Below the pieces are notes generated by a model. That model ran no database searches. It had not been told where the DNA came from and saw only the letters and a program-made list of their open reading frames with translations. Position numbers and translations under genes: made by a program. Of a DNA stretch of 64,000 nucleotides, positions 53,341 through 64,000 are shown in pieces; the stretch's first letter is position 1; the number at the start of each line of letters is the position of its first letter. Origin of the DNA: Haplodiscus bocki (lineage: Eukaryota); assembly GCA_965655095.1 (NCBI GenBank), contig OZ296656.1:82894001-82958000 (forward strand), read 5' to 3'.

Positions 53341-53637
53341 CTTGATAGAGAGCTAGAGACATAATTACGACCATTCCATAAATATGGAAAAAGGGCAGAA
53401 TCGCAATTAAGGCATCGTGCTTATAGGTCAAATGTAACAGATTCTCGGGTTTGAGCTGACACAAGTTCGCAATCAGGTTGTAATGGGTCAGCATTACCCC
53501 TTTGGGTAACCCAGTTGTACCTGAGGAATAGGGGATGACTAAAACGTCGTTTTTGGGGTCAATATCTTTGGGGCGTTTTTCGATGAAATCTCCGTTGTCC
53601 TCCATCAGTTCTGAGAAAGGTCGAATGTCTTCGCTGG
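53341..53637 (-). CDS. 4CL-like acyl-CoA synthetase exon (AMP-binding P-loop)
   Basis: PYSSGTTGLPKGVMLTH and LPFFHIYG; acceptor tttcAG, donor GTGAGT. Confidence 0.95.
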
Positions 53638-54459
53638 CTGAAACATTTCGAGAAGTAAATGGCCAAGGATGGCAAATATCAGCGGCATTCAAAAAGCTTG
53701 CTCTATCATAAAAAGGGCATGGGTTTTCGAATATTTCTCGTTTTTAATGATGTATTTTGCGTTTCTTCTATGTCTTTTGAAAACTTTTTTCCACTTGTGA
53801 AACGAGTTATCATGATATTACTCTCTAATTTTATTACCAAACTGGACGAGTTCCACAAAGAGTTGGCGCTATACATTGGTTGAGCTCGAAAATTGGAAAT
53901 TTGGATACATCAGAGTTTTGATCAGTGAGAAGAAAAAACAAAACGCTCGGCTATCACCAAAATATTTTCCGCCGTCCAACTTTGTTTGAATGCAATTTTA
54001 GGAAAAAATATCATTTTTTACAAGCAATATCGCTACTTTTTCCCCAATTTGAAAAATTTCATTTTCTTTTCAAAAAACCCAAAAATTTCGCTCAAAAAAG
54101 GATTATTCTTTGGAAAAGGTCCCAGTTTATTCGAATTCTACTGCAAATTTTCTACAATTAAATCATTAAAAAAATTTCCAACTCAAAATCGTTCAATTTG
54201 ATAAAATCACGCAATTGGCAGTTATACGTTAAAAAAACACACGGCGAGTGGATGATTGCCCTTTCTTATAGAAGTATGGTGGAAAATAAAAAAGTAACAG
54301 AGTGAATTCAAGAGCTCGGACTAAAATTTGGTATTTGGAAGGTAATAATAACGCAGTTCGTGCATTTTAGATCAAAATTTCAAAAATCGGGCAATATATA
54401 TTAAAATATTCGAATATCTTTTCGAAAAAATCTTGCAGATACAGGACTTTTTTTCAAAC

Positions 54460-54689
54460 CTGATCCAGTGAAGTCCCCCATGACCCAAATGTTTTTGCAG
54501 TTGTTGAGGCCGGCCGTGATCTGTTTCACCTTGTCCAGGTAATCTTCAACTGTGATGACCGCTTTGGCATTGCTGTCTTTCAGCTGGTGTTGGGTCTCCT
54601 CAACCGTGTAGACTGGGTTACATGTGGTCACAGTTAGGCCAGCTCGGGCCAGAGCGTGGAATGCGATACAGTATTCAGGGAGATTGTGG
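54460..54689 (-). CDS. 4CL-like / firefly-luciferase-family acyl-CoA synthetase, most 5' exon seen
   Basis: HNLPEYCIAFHALARAGLTVTTCNPVYTVEETQHQLKDSNAK; acceptor ttttAG, donor G|GTTTGA; phase matches the next exon. Confidence 0.88.
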
Positions 54690-57600
54690 CTAAAATGATA
54701 CATATTTACTAGATCTATTTTTATATTTATTAGTTATGTATATACTCAGTACGTCTAATCGTATGATATTCTTTCTCTACTAGGTATGAAATATTTACAT
54801 GAAATGCTTGAGAAATATATTCATGAAATTTTTATGAAATAACCATTAGAGTCGATCATAACATTAAGCGTACCAAGAAAATCTATAGCTCTGAATGACT
54901 TGGTGGTGTTTTGAAAATTCCTGGAAAAAACAAAAACGGGTCTTCAATAAAACCCATAACCAACTTACAAGAAAAATTTTAGTCATCTAAATCACCAGTT
55001 ACTTCAATTTTGAACCATAGTCAACCCAGCAACAGTATTTAACTGCATTTGATATTAAAATGATTGAGGTCTATTTTCGATTCCGGAAAACGTTATAACG
55101 ACTCCATGAAAAGTTCACAGGGTAAATTTCTCAAAGATGAAGTTTCACATCCTCATACACTGGTTTTTCATTGAAACGGTTATTTGGTAGATAGTACGAC
55201 AAAGTTTTCGGCTAGTTTTTGTCGAAAAACAATTCCGACAACTTTTGTTTCCTGGATTTTTCAATGACAACTGTTTCAGGGTCAAAAACTTTTGACTATG
55301 TAGCGGAAATTTCAAGTCAAGTGCTTTAGTGCAGTACCTTGAGCCCCACCTACACTACTGCTAGTCAACTCAAAGCCTAAGTACTGCTCTATACAAAAGT
55401 TTGTTCATGGAAAAGGTTTCCACCAGTCAGAAAATTATGCAAAACTTGAGTAGTATAGAAAAACGCGGAATTTGGAGTCTCGCTCACGAAATCCGCGTTT
55501 TTCAGTACCACTGCCTCTCAAAAAATTACTCCAAAACAAAAAATAAAAACGTCATATTTTCAACTTCAAAAATTTGCATCCTGTTTAGGATAAAGGCATA
55601 TACACGGTTATTGTTAAGTACATTTTCGGTGCATGAAAAAATATCCTGCTTAAGATTAAAAGCATAGACACACGCTTTAAGCCAGGGTTATTTTGCATGA
55701 AAATTTCGCTACACGAAAAAAAACTTTACTAGCCAACTCCATAGAGCATTTCTGGTAAAGAACGTATGTTCATACGTTTCTGTACAGATTCTCAGGCGTA
55801 CCACCTTTTCCTCTCCCGATGGAAGACGCCGCTGAATCTGAGCTAATGCACAACAACTGCCTGCTAGTGAGACGGGTGATAAACTGACTAGGCCTTTTAG
55901 GTGACATTAACCAGTCACAATAATATTATTCAAAAAAGACCAGTAAAAAATGTGTGATTAAAGTTAAAATAAGCTTTTTCTTCAATATATAGAGACTTAT
56001 TCATTTTTTCCTTCAAAAAAGTCCTGTACTAATAATATAGACACAGCTTCTAACTCTCACAAAACGTTAACTCAACTTCGATACTACGTCTATGTGAACA
56101 AAAAAAGCTAAAATTATGGAAATGACAACTATTTGCCCAAAACTAATAAAAAAAACAGAAGGAATGGGTTTTTTTGGTTAAAGGACTCAAAGATAGAGAA
56201 AAGATATTGAAATACAGAGTTCTTAAACTAGAAAAAAAATGAATGTTCGCAGAACTTCTGTGACTTCAATCGGCGTGAAAGCAGGCAAATGTGATAATAG
56301 GACTTTCTCTGCCAAAAAATGGATTGATGAAGCCTTTAATACTAACTAAAAGCCTGAATTTATTGAAACATTTAGTGAAAAACCAAAAACTTAAAAAGAT
56401 ACAGACGTATTTGGTGGTAAAAGAATAAAATGAATCATACAAAACACAAACCCAAAAAGCACGCAATGCACTGATCTAAAGAAGAATTCAAGAAGAAGCA
56501 ATAGAAGTTTTGGGTGAAGCCATAAAAGGTATTTATTGTATAAATTCATCCCAAAGACAACAAAAAACTTTTCAGCCAATAAAATAAAAATTTCGAATGA
56601 AAAATTTACAGAAAAAGTGAGTCTAGCCGAAAATTGTCAAATAAAGAAAAAAGAGTTAAAAAAAGGTTCAATGAAGCTAGTGAAAAACAAAACGAATTCA
56701 AACTTAAAAAATTAAGAAAAAAAACCGTATGTAACCAAAATTTTTGTATATTTCATTCATAAAACAAATCGCGATAATTTTCTACTTGTCGATCGATTTT
56801 TGTATCATACCCAATTATGAATGATTTACACCAGTTATGATAAATTTGGTAAAACCGATCTTTACTATGCTGTTTCCGCAAAAATAAAATACAAGATAAA
56901 CATCTGACACAACTAGACAAGAGGAAGTTCATTCGAACCGAGCAAAAAATATATATGAAAAAAACTAAGCTTTAGGGAATTCAATTTTAACGATTTTAAA
57001 AATATGTATAAAAATGGGACTAAAAATAGAAAGGAGCTGATCTTTCACTAAGTGAGACTGCAACCGCACCGTTAAAAGCGTTCGATATACCTTTAAATAG
57101 TTTGCAGTCAGAAGATAATAGTTTTATAGATAATTCTGTTTAACCTACAAATAAAATATTTACTAACTTGGGATTACTTTACAACTTTGGTAAAAAAAAT
57201 ATGAAGTCACTAAGGATTATATTGCCTGGAACAGAACACGAAGAAGAGAATTGGAAACAAATAAATATTAATGTCACCATCTCTGACGTGATTTCATAAT
57301 GAACCTATTTAAAAAAACAAAGCAACATCAAATTTTTAATGGAAGTACTAAACACTTCGGGATTCAAAAGAAACATGTACATGCAAAATTTTTGATGTAC
57401 AAAAAAAGACGGAAAGGTAATTCTTCACCCTACCAACAGCACCATACAGAAAATGTTTTTATTTCAATTGGTTTGGATGTGAACTACCAAAAATATTATC
57501 AGGTTTTAACAATAAACGAAATTGAAGTTATGTTTTCTTCCGAAATATGATATCCGGGGAAGAGATCTTTACTGCGCTGACTTTTCTCTGTTTTTTAATT

Positions 57601-58270
57601 AGCAAACAAAAAAACTATAAAAGGATTTCAGATCTGCAGTATTGCAGTTATGTTTTTAAAAAAACGGACGAAAAGAAAACGAAAAATTGATAAAAGTGTA
57701 AAATACACCCCCATAGATGAAAGTTTTGAAACCAAAATAGAAAATTGGCTTGAAACAAATTTTGCAACTAAATCTAAAACGTAAAAAGACACATAAATCT
57801 ATCACTAAAGAAAACAAAATTTTGTAGAGAAATTGTCTGGTGAAGATTTCAGAGCTATTGATTTAACTTTAAAAAATCAGTTGCGTTTTTACGTTTAAAT
57901 AGAAACAATACAGACTTACTCATCAGTCGAAGGAAAACAAGACTCAAGAAAATATAGAGATGAAGTTAACAAACAAATTGGAAACTTTTTCATTGATTTC
58001 TCAACTTGAAATAAAAAAGAGAAAATGGATGATAGCAGTTTTTAGTTTACATTTGTAGAATTCAGTCTTTACTAAAAACAACAAAAGATTTAAATTTTGT
58101 ACACCTGGACATCGGAAAAACCTTGACACTTTTACTGAACTAAAAAGTTTGAAAGATCAAAGAAAAGAAAATGGAATCGATATACATGTACAAGAAGTAT
58201 TTGAAAAGAAGGACTAGAATAAAAAAAACGAAAAAAAGAATACAAGTTTATCGGATTTTGAGGACCATAG

Positions 58271-58928
58271 TTGGCAAAATATTATATTTACCACTTTAAA
58301 CAAAAACATGATGACTTTGAACACATGGTATTTAGAATGAATTTAAAGTATAGTGAATTGGAATACATATTCAACAAAAAAAATATTGATGCTGAAAAAA
58401 ATGTTTTGGTTTCAAAAGGAAAAAATGAAATGGGAGGATATTTCAACACTCTATAAATTGTTTTACAAGAAAAATTAATAATTGGTATTATAGAGACTGA
58501 TATTACAATGAAAAATAATCAGACGACGCATACTATCACGGATGAGCTGTTAATGAGTTGTTAGAGTTATATGAAAAAACTTTTGCAATTACATTTTAAA
58601 GGATATACAACAACTGAATATTTTAGATGTTGTTATACATGTTAAAAAACCTGTAAAAAGTAATGGAATTGATGAAAATCGTTTAAAGTGCAATTTTGTA
58701 AAGGGAGGTTTTGTAAATGGCGCAAAACTCCAGTTTTTATATAGCTTCGGACTAATTGGATCACCGGGCCATTAAAAAAACCAAGATGTTATATTTGTAA
58801 GAAATTTTTAAAAAAATCTGTTTTGAACAAATTAGCTTTTTATATAGAAGACGATAAGAATAACACAAGCAATTTCTTGGTGTAAATATGATATTTACTT
58901 TGTCATTGAGAAACTTAAAAATGTATAA
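58271..58928 (+). pseudogene. Penton-like minor capsid paralogue A (element 2)
   Basis: C-terminal KPVKSNGIDENRLKCNFVKGGFVNGAKLQFLYSFGL..SPG...ISFYIEDD...FLGVNMIFTL. Confidence 0.65.
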
Positions 58929-60030
58929 ATGAATTAAAAATAAAAGAATTATAAAAACTGAAGGTTTATTACTTTCAATTGCAACAAACACTGACACACT
59001 TATTGAAGAGATTCAAACAAACACGCAACAGATTTAGAATTTAATATAGCAAAAACCAGGGACATATTTTCGTTTGACAATACCGTATCCTTAGAAGAAG
59101 GAGACTGGATCTTCCAATTAACTAGTTTAGAAGTATACGATTCTGTTTTTGAAATAATTCGGCAAAAAAACTAATAGTTCAAGTTTGAAATATCTGAACC
59201 TATTGAGAAGTAGAAGTAATAATATTACTTGGAAGAATTGGAAAATGGTGGTGAAAGCTTTCGTCCTGAAGACCTCAAAGATAACACATTACGACCAGTG
59301 GTTATTGATAAACCAAAAGAAAACCAATTCGATATCAAAAGTAGACGAGATATTTCGTGCAATTAAACATTTAATAGAAGAAGAAATGGAATCCATTACA
59401 ACTAGTAACAGAGCCACAGTTTCAGTATTCGATGAAAATGTGAAAGATTATGAACAATGTTTTTTCCAAGATTTCTTAGAACAAACAGATCTGAAGAACG
59501 ATATTATAAAATCATTTTACATAAGTACATTTCTAATTTTACTACTTATGAGATACTTCCATTTTTTTGACGTTAGTGATATTGATAAAACCTTAGATAT
59601 TCTGATAAAAGCTTTTGTTTTCATTGAAACTATCACAGTGAAATCAGAAACAAACACTAAACAAAGTTTTGCAATTTGGTGAAAAATCTTTTTTCACACA
59701 AAACTAGAAGTTATCCCACATTGGGATTATAAACCTAATAATGAATAAATTCTTCAAAAGAAGATAAAGGCAACTAAAATAGATAAAATTCTTTCACAAT
59801 GCGAACGTTAAAGCGGGTGAAAGTTAAATGGTGTTCGTGAATCGGCATTGTTTAGTTACGGTTTACTTGAACCTCCTCAATTTTGGTTTTTTGGAGGCAG
59901 AAAGAGTCCACTACAAAAACAGCAAAGCTATAAAGAAAAGTTTTCATTTTACCTGGAAGATAGATGTTGCCAGACGAGGGATTGGTTTCAATGGTGAAAG
60001 TATGACCTATTCTTTTTCAAAATATGAGTA
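58929..60030 (+). pseudogene. Penton-like minor capsid paralogue B (element 2)
   Basis: N-terminal LEEGDWIFQLTSLEVYDSVFEI; C-terminal KIDKILSQCE...LNGVRESALFSYGL.EPP...FSFYLED...IGFNGESMTY. Confidence 0.65.
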
Positions 60031-60239
60031 AACAGTCACTTCTAAGTATTCACTTTGCGTTATATGCACGCATTTTAACAATCTGCTTCTTGATAGTATT
60101 TCAGAAACATAACACAACAATTAATACGTTCACGCAAAGAACAATCAACTCTGCTGTCTTTTTAATGGTGGCTCGCACAGCCAATTTCGCTCCGCGAACG
60201 ATGAAACCAAGACCTTTACTCGTTTAATATTGAAATTAC

Positions 60240-60668
60240 AAAAAATAGAGGTGCTATCACAAAAACAAAACTAATCCTTTTTGTGTGGGAGGACAACATC
60301 ATTCTAGTACCATAAAAAATGGTTCTATAACTGAAGCAGGTCAAAAATTAGTAGTTGGGTTCAAGGTAAAAGAAACTTCAATGACTATTGCTGTTACTAA
60401 AATATCAGCCAAAGCTTCAGGTATGTTTTTCGAAAAGTTAGGAAAAATTTCTTCTAAAATATGTAAAGAACTGGCTACAAGTTTAGGAAAAAATCCTGGA
60501 AGAGCATTAGAAATTAGAGCAAAAACCGGTAGCGCAGCTGTACTTAAAAATCCTAAGGGAACTTTTTTTACTATTACAGATGTAAGAAACTTTTATCACA
60601 CCGGAAAGGACTGTATCTTCGAAAAATTGTGTAGATTCAAATGTAAGAACAATTTTTTAAACTTATAA
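60240..60668 (+). pseudogene. CVGG-motif / amphipathic helix protein (element 2)
   Basis: FCVGGQHHSST then SGMFFEKLGKISSKICKELATSLGKNPGRALEI; homologous in style to 17870-18600. Confidence 0.55.
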
Positions 60669-61110
60669 ATGTCTACCAAAAACTTATAACATTCTACGCC
60701 ACTAAAACCGACAACAGTTGTTGAAAAGCGATAAAAAAATGATGAAAACAACTTCAATAACTCAATCAACAGCCTTAATGAAATGATTATTCACTTCAAA
60801 ACCAAGAATCTTAAACCAAAAACCAGATAAAAAAAACACATTGTAATTTTTATTATACTAAAAGCAGCTGATACTTTTGTAAGTGTGGCTACCAAGTACT
60901 CTGATGTAACGTTATCAATTATAGGTTTTTTTGTTGGTAATGCCAAATTCCACTGTGATTGCTTCTGGACAAACGTTAACTGAGAAAATAGTATTTGAGA
61001 CGATTATGAACAATTATATTAAATGCGAAAAACAAAATGAAAGACCATAAAAGAAAATCAGTTTCTAAGCGAAATGAATTTTGACTCACATATAAAAAGT
61101 AAAAGCGTGA
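60669..61110 (+). pseudogene. Coiled-coil plus transmembrane protein (element 2), disrupted
   Basis: NNFNNSINSLNEMIIHFKTKN...ILKAADTFVSVATKYSDVTLSIIG; same architecture as 17145-17760. Confidence 0.5.
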
Positions 61111-61357
61111 ATGATAAAAATGTTTCAAAAAATCATTGTAAGGAAAGAGCTTTCTTGTATCTGGACTAAAAAGTCGTCCAGAAAATCCAAATGGATTATG
61201 GGGTAGATTACGTTTCATACCACAAAAAGAAAAAAATGGAAATGATATGGATAAACTGTTTGAAGAAGTTGTTGCTATGTTTGATAAATTATTAGAATGC
61301 AAAAGCATTACCAACTCGCCCTAAGTTTTTTTAATTGATTTTATTCTAAAAGAAAGA

Positions 61358-62680
61358 ATGTTTGAGATAGACGAAAGAAGTGAAGTTCATCGATATATCT
61401 TTAGAAGTGATTACTTTCGTTATTTTCCATATGTTTAAAAAATGTAGATACACCACGTTCTCAAACTTCTCTTGACGTCCAAGAGAACATAGTGTTATTC
61501 CTTTGCAAGACAGTCATATTGCATATGATTTTAAACTAACTCGTAATGCAGCTTCTCATAACGATTATGTAAAAACTGATGGTACAAGATTAGTTAATTT
61601 AGTTCCTTTTGCTTCATTTAGTGAATATATATTGACTACTCGTAGAGGAAAACCTTTAGAACGTTTTCATTACGCTAATGTTATATGCTCAATGTACAAA
61701 TAAACAACAAGTAGCAACGACATCCTTAATTTATCAATTGGATTTGATGGAAGTGGTCAAAAACGTCAGCAAAAACTGGCTAACGATGAAGAAGCGCAAG
61801 GTAAGGGTAGACTTCAAGTCATATTTTATTTACAAGATGTTTTTGGATAAATTGAGCATCAAATATAGTGCATATTTGGTCTGGGTTACAAATTTGAAAA
61901 AAATTGAAATAAAGCGGATATTGTATTCAGTCATGAGTTCGCCTGTGGAGCAGCGGTTGGCTGTGCTCAAAGTGTGGTTGATGATGTTAATGATGCTCTG
62001 AAAAAATGAATTAATATAAATGATTTTAATTGGTACGCCCCACATTATACACCAAACATAGGCCGAGATGCGACGTTAGCCAACCATATTATATCAGGAG
62101 CACCAACAGAATTCTCATACGTTGAAATATCAGTTTTTTAAGAAATTGTAATTCCTGAAAACATTCGGACTTTTGAGTTGGGAATTGAAAGCGAAAGTAA
62201 CGTGCCTACTTTTTCTATATTAGGCTTCCAAGAACGAAATTGTTTAGGCCGTCAAAACACAAACAACGATGGGTTTCAAAGTCCTACTGCTTCAAGGGCA
62301 AATTGTATTGATAGAGCAAAAAATATCCAGATGCGAGTGTAAGTTTTGATTACGAAATCGAAAAGTCTTCCCAAGCCTATGGTGTAAGTGTATCTTGTTT
62401 TAGACTTTCGTCTAAAAATGATATCTTTCATACTTTTTGTTACACACTCACTTCATCGTCAAATCTCAAGTTAAGTATAGCCTGTATGTTTATAAAATAG
62501 CTTACCAAAAAGGCTAGTCGTCTCCCCAACCCAAAAAATTAAAGATTTTCTTTCAGACTTAAACTTCCACCTGCTGTACAATTAAGAGGATATTATAACA
62601 TATTGACAAATAAAACATTGTCAATTGGCAGTGATGGTGAAAAACAATTTGACTTGATCATTTCTTTAATTACTTCAAAA
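61358..62680 (+). pseudogene. Major capsid protein (hexon, DJR) of element 2, disrupted
   Basis: MFEIDERSEVHRYIFRSDYFRY; RLVNLVPFASFSEYILTTRRGKPLE; LQDVFG...FGLGYK; WYAPHYTP; FELGIESESNVP...IIGFQ; terminal SIGSDG. Confidence 0.72.
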
Positions 62681-63470
62681 CTTTTTTATTTTCTTCCATT
62701 ATTAATTCTGATTTCCTGGGCAATGCTTCGTTAAACATTTGAGGGAAGTTCTTTATAGGATATGAAGGTATTGTACTTCCAATAAATTCTGTACTTTTAT
62801 ACAACTTTTAACTCCAAATTGTACTAACACTTTTAGAAACAAAATTCACTTGTCTGTAGTCCTGAACAAGTCTCCTATTTTTTATCTTTTGCCCAATGAA
62901 TTTGGGTGAACATATCCCCCATTATCTTATATTAATGCTTGCATTGGTGTTAACTTGCTTGAGAAAGGTTATTTCTTGCTAAATTGTTTTGTCAGTGCCT
63001 TTATTTCATCTACTCGATTAGCATTATCTTTTTCAAAAGCATTTTTCAGCAAAGTTTTTTTAAATTTCTTGAAATTTTAGGCGAATACCGAACAATTTGA
63101 TTTGCAGTGACTATATCTTCTAAAAGTGGTTTTAATTAGGAAATCTTTGAAAATTTTGTTTACACATTTTTTCCATCCTGTTTCAACTAATTTTGATTTC
63201 CTTTCCGAAGTCAGGAGAACTTTTTTTCCGAAGGAGTTTTTCATTGCGTGAGACTTTTCAATTTTCAATGTGTCCATTTAAACCTGCTAAAATTATCAAA
63301 TAATAAGAAGACAAATCTATCACGTTTAGTATTGTTTGGTACGTTGTCCTCTATATCTACGAAACCTCCAAGTATCCTCAATTTGACAAATTTTGATTTT
63401 GTTAGTTACATATATCTTTTTTGGAGGGCTAGCATAATTTTCAAATCAAAGAATTCACTTCTTTTCGTTT
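62670..63470 (-). pseudogene. rve integrase of element 2, disrupted
   Basis: Minus strand YASPPKKIYVTNK...IEDTW...RFVFLLFDNFSRFKW...RKSKLVETG...SVFA*NF...KLTPMQA...GDLFRTTD...STIWS*KLYK; collinear with the element-1 integrase. Confidence 0.78.
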
Positions 63471-63479
63471 CAATACTTA

Positions 63480-64000
63480 CTTATAAAATTAGCATATGAC
63501 CATATTCATTTCGTGGCTCTCTTATCAATTTATTAATAATAGCTCTAGTTCTATAGTTTGTTTGATTCTGTTCTGCATTTATCACAATTTTCATCAACAG
63601 ATTCGGGAATAGTTTTCGTATTTTCTGAATTCAGTTGATATAATAACACCATTTGAAAGTGACTTTTTGCAAACTAGAGGAAAACCTTGTTTAAGGGTTA
63701 CTCCACTTTGCATCTCAAAATATTCATTGTTTTCCATCTAATACCTTGACGACATCTTCAAATCCTTTGAAAGTTTTTTTTCTGCTAAAACTTCATCATC
63801 ACTAACTGTTAGACTTTATTTATTTTTAGGTGCAAAAAGTAAAACATAAAACATACTAGCTTCAACATAATCATTTTTTCTTTGTCCTAATTCTTCCACA
63901 ACATAGCCTGCTATGTTTGGTTTCTTCAAAAGTTTTTTCTCTCCATAAAAAATGAATTTGTAACCATATAATAAACGTTATTAGATTTAAGTCCATCTAT
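63480..64000 (-). pseudogene. polB: C-terminal part of pPolB of element 2
   Basis: Minus strand NNVYYMVTNSFFM (degenerate motif C YxDTDS), ELGQRKNDY, FYVLLFAPKNK*SL, FKGF, ending REPRNEYGHML. Confidence 0.7.

Larger units (their letters stand above)
56100..64000. mobile_element. Second decayed Polinton/Maverick-like endogenous virus (element 2); left boundary approximate, continues past the window end
   Basis: Penton x2, amphipathic gene, TM gene and hexon on +; integrase and PolB C-terminus on -; no TIR identified in the window. Confidence 0.82.

Noticed and set aside
42258-54689. Bioluminescent luciferase or recent bacterial/plant horizontal transfer
   Set aside because: This family is widespread in animals; the gene has canonical spliceosomal introns and lacks the luciferase-type TTSA segment. 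The sequence alone gives no evidence of light emission or recent transfer.
57704-57718. TACACCCCCATAGAT as a TIR box of element 2
   Set aside because: Only a partial match to the element-1 box, internal to the element and with no terminal AGTA context

Overview
AT-rich eukaryotic (most likely invertebrate animal) genomic DNA dominated by decayed mobile elements. (1) 9856-26084: a complete but pseudogenised 16.2-kb Polinton/Maverick-type endogenous virus. It has imperfect TIRs starting 5'-AGTA and a near-perfect 6-bp TSD (CACACA/CGCACA). Its + strand gene array is: A32-like packaging ATPase, conserved core gene, penton, hexon (DJR major capsid), adenain protease, fibre-like repeat gene, membrane/amphipathic genes, HNH/EndoVII-like nuclease, rve integrase and protein-primed PolB. 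(2) 42258-54689 (-): six clean GT-AG exons of an intact host 4-coumarate-CoA-ligase/firefly-luciferase-family acyl-CoA synthetase (about 460 aa); the N-terminal exon(s) are not in the window. (3) 48095-52234 (-): a Ty3/Gypsy LTR element in one intron of that gene, with LTRs, PBS, PPT and 5-bp TSD, but lacking most of RT/RNase H. (4) about 56100-64000: a second, more decayed Polinton-like virus of a different lineage (two penton paralogues and hexon on +, integrase and PolB on -), running off the window. The rest holds a LINE fragment, MITE-like inverted repeats, dispersed repeats and a long G-U-rich hairpin. No rRNA, tRNA or CRISPR was seen. All protein assignments come from motif recognition by eye, not database searches.
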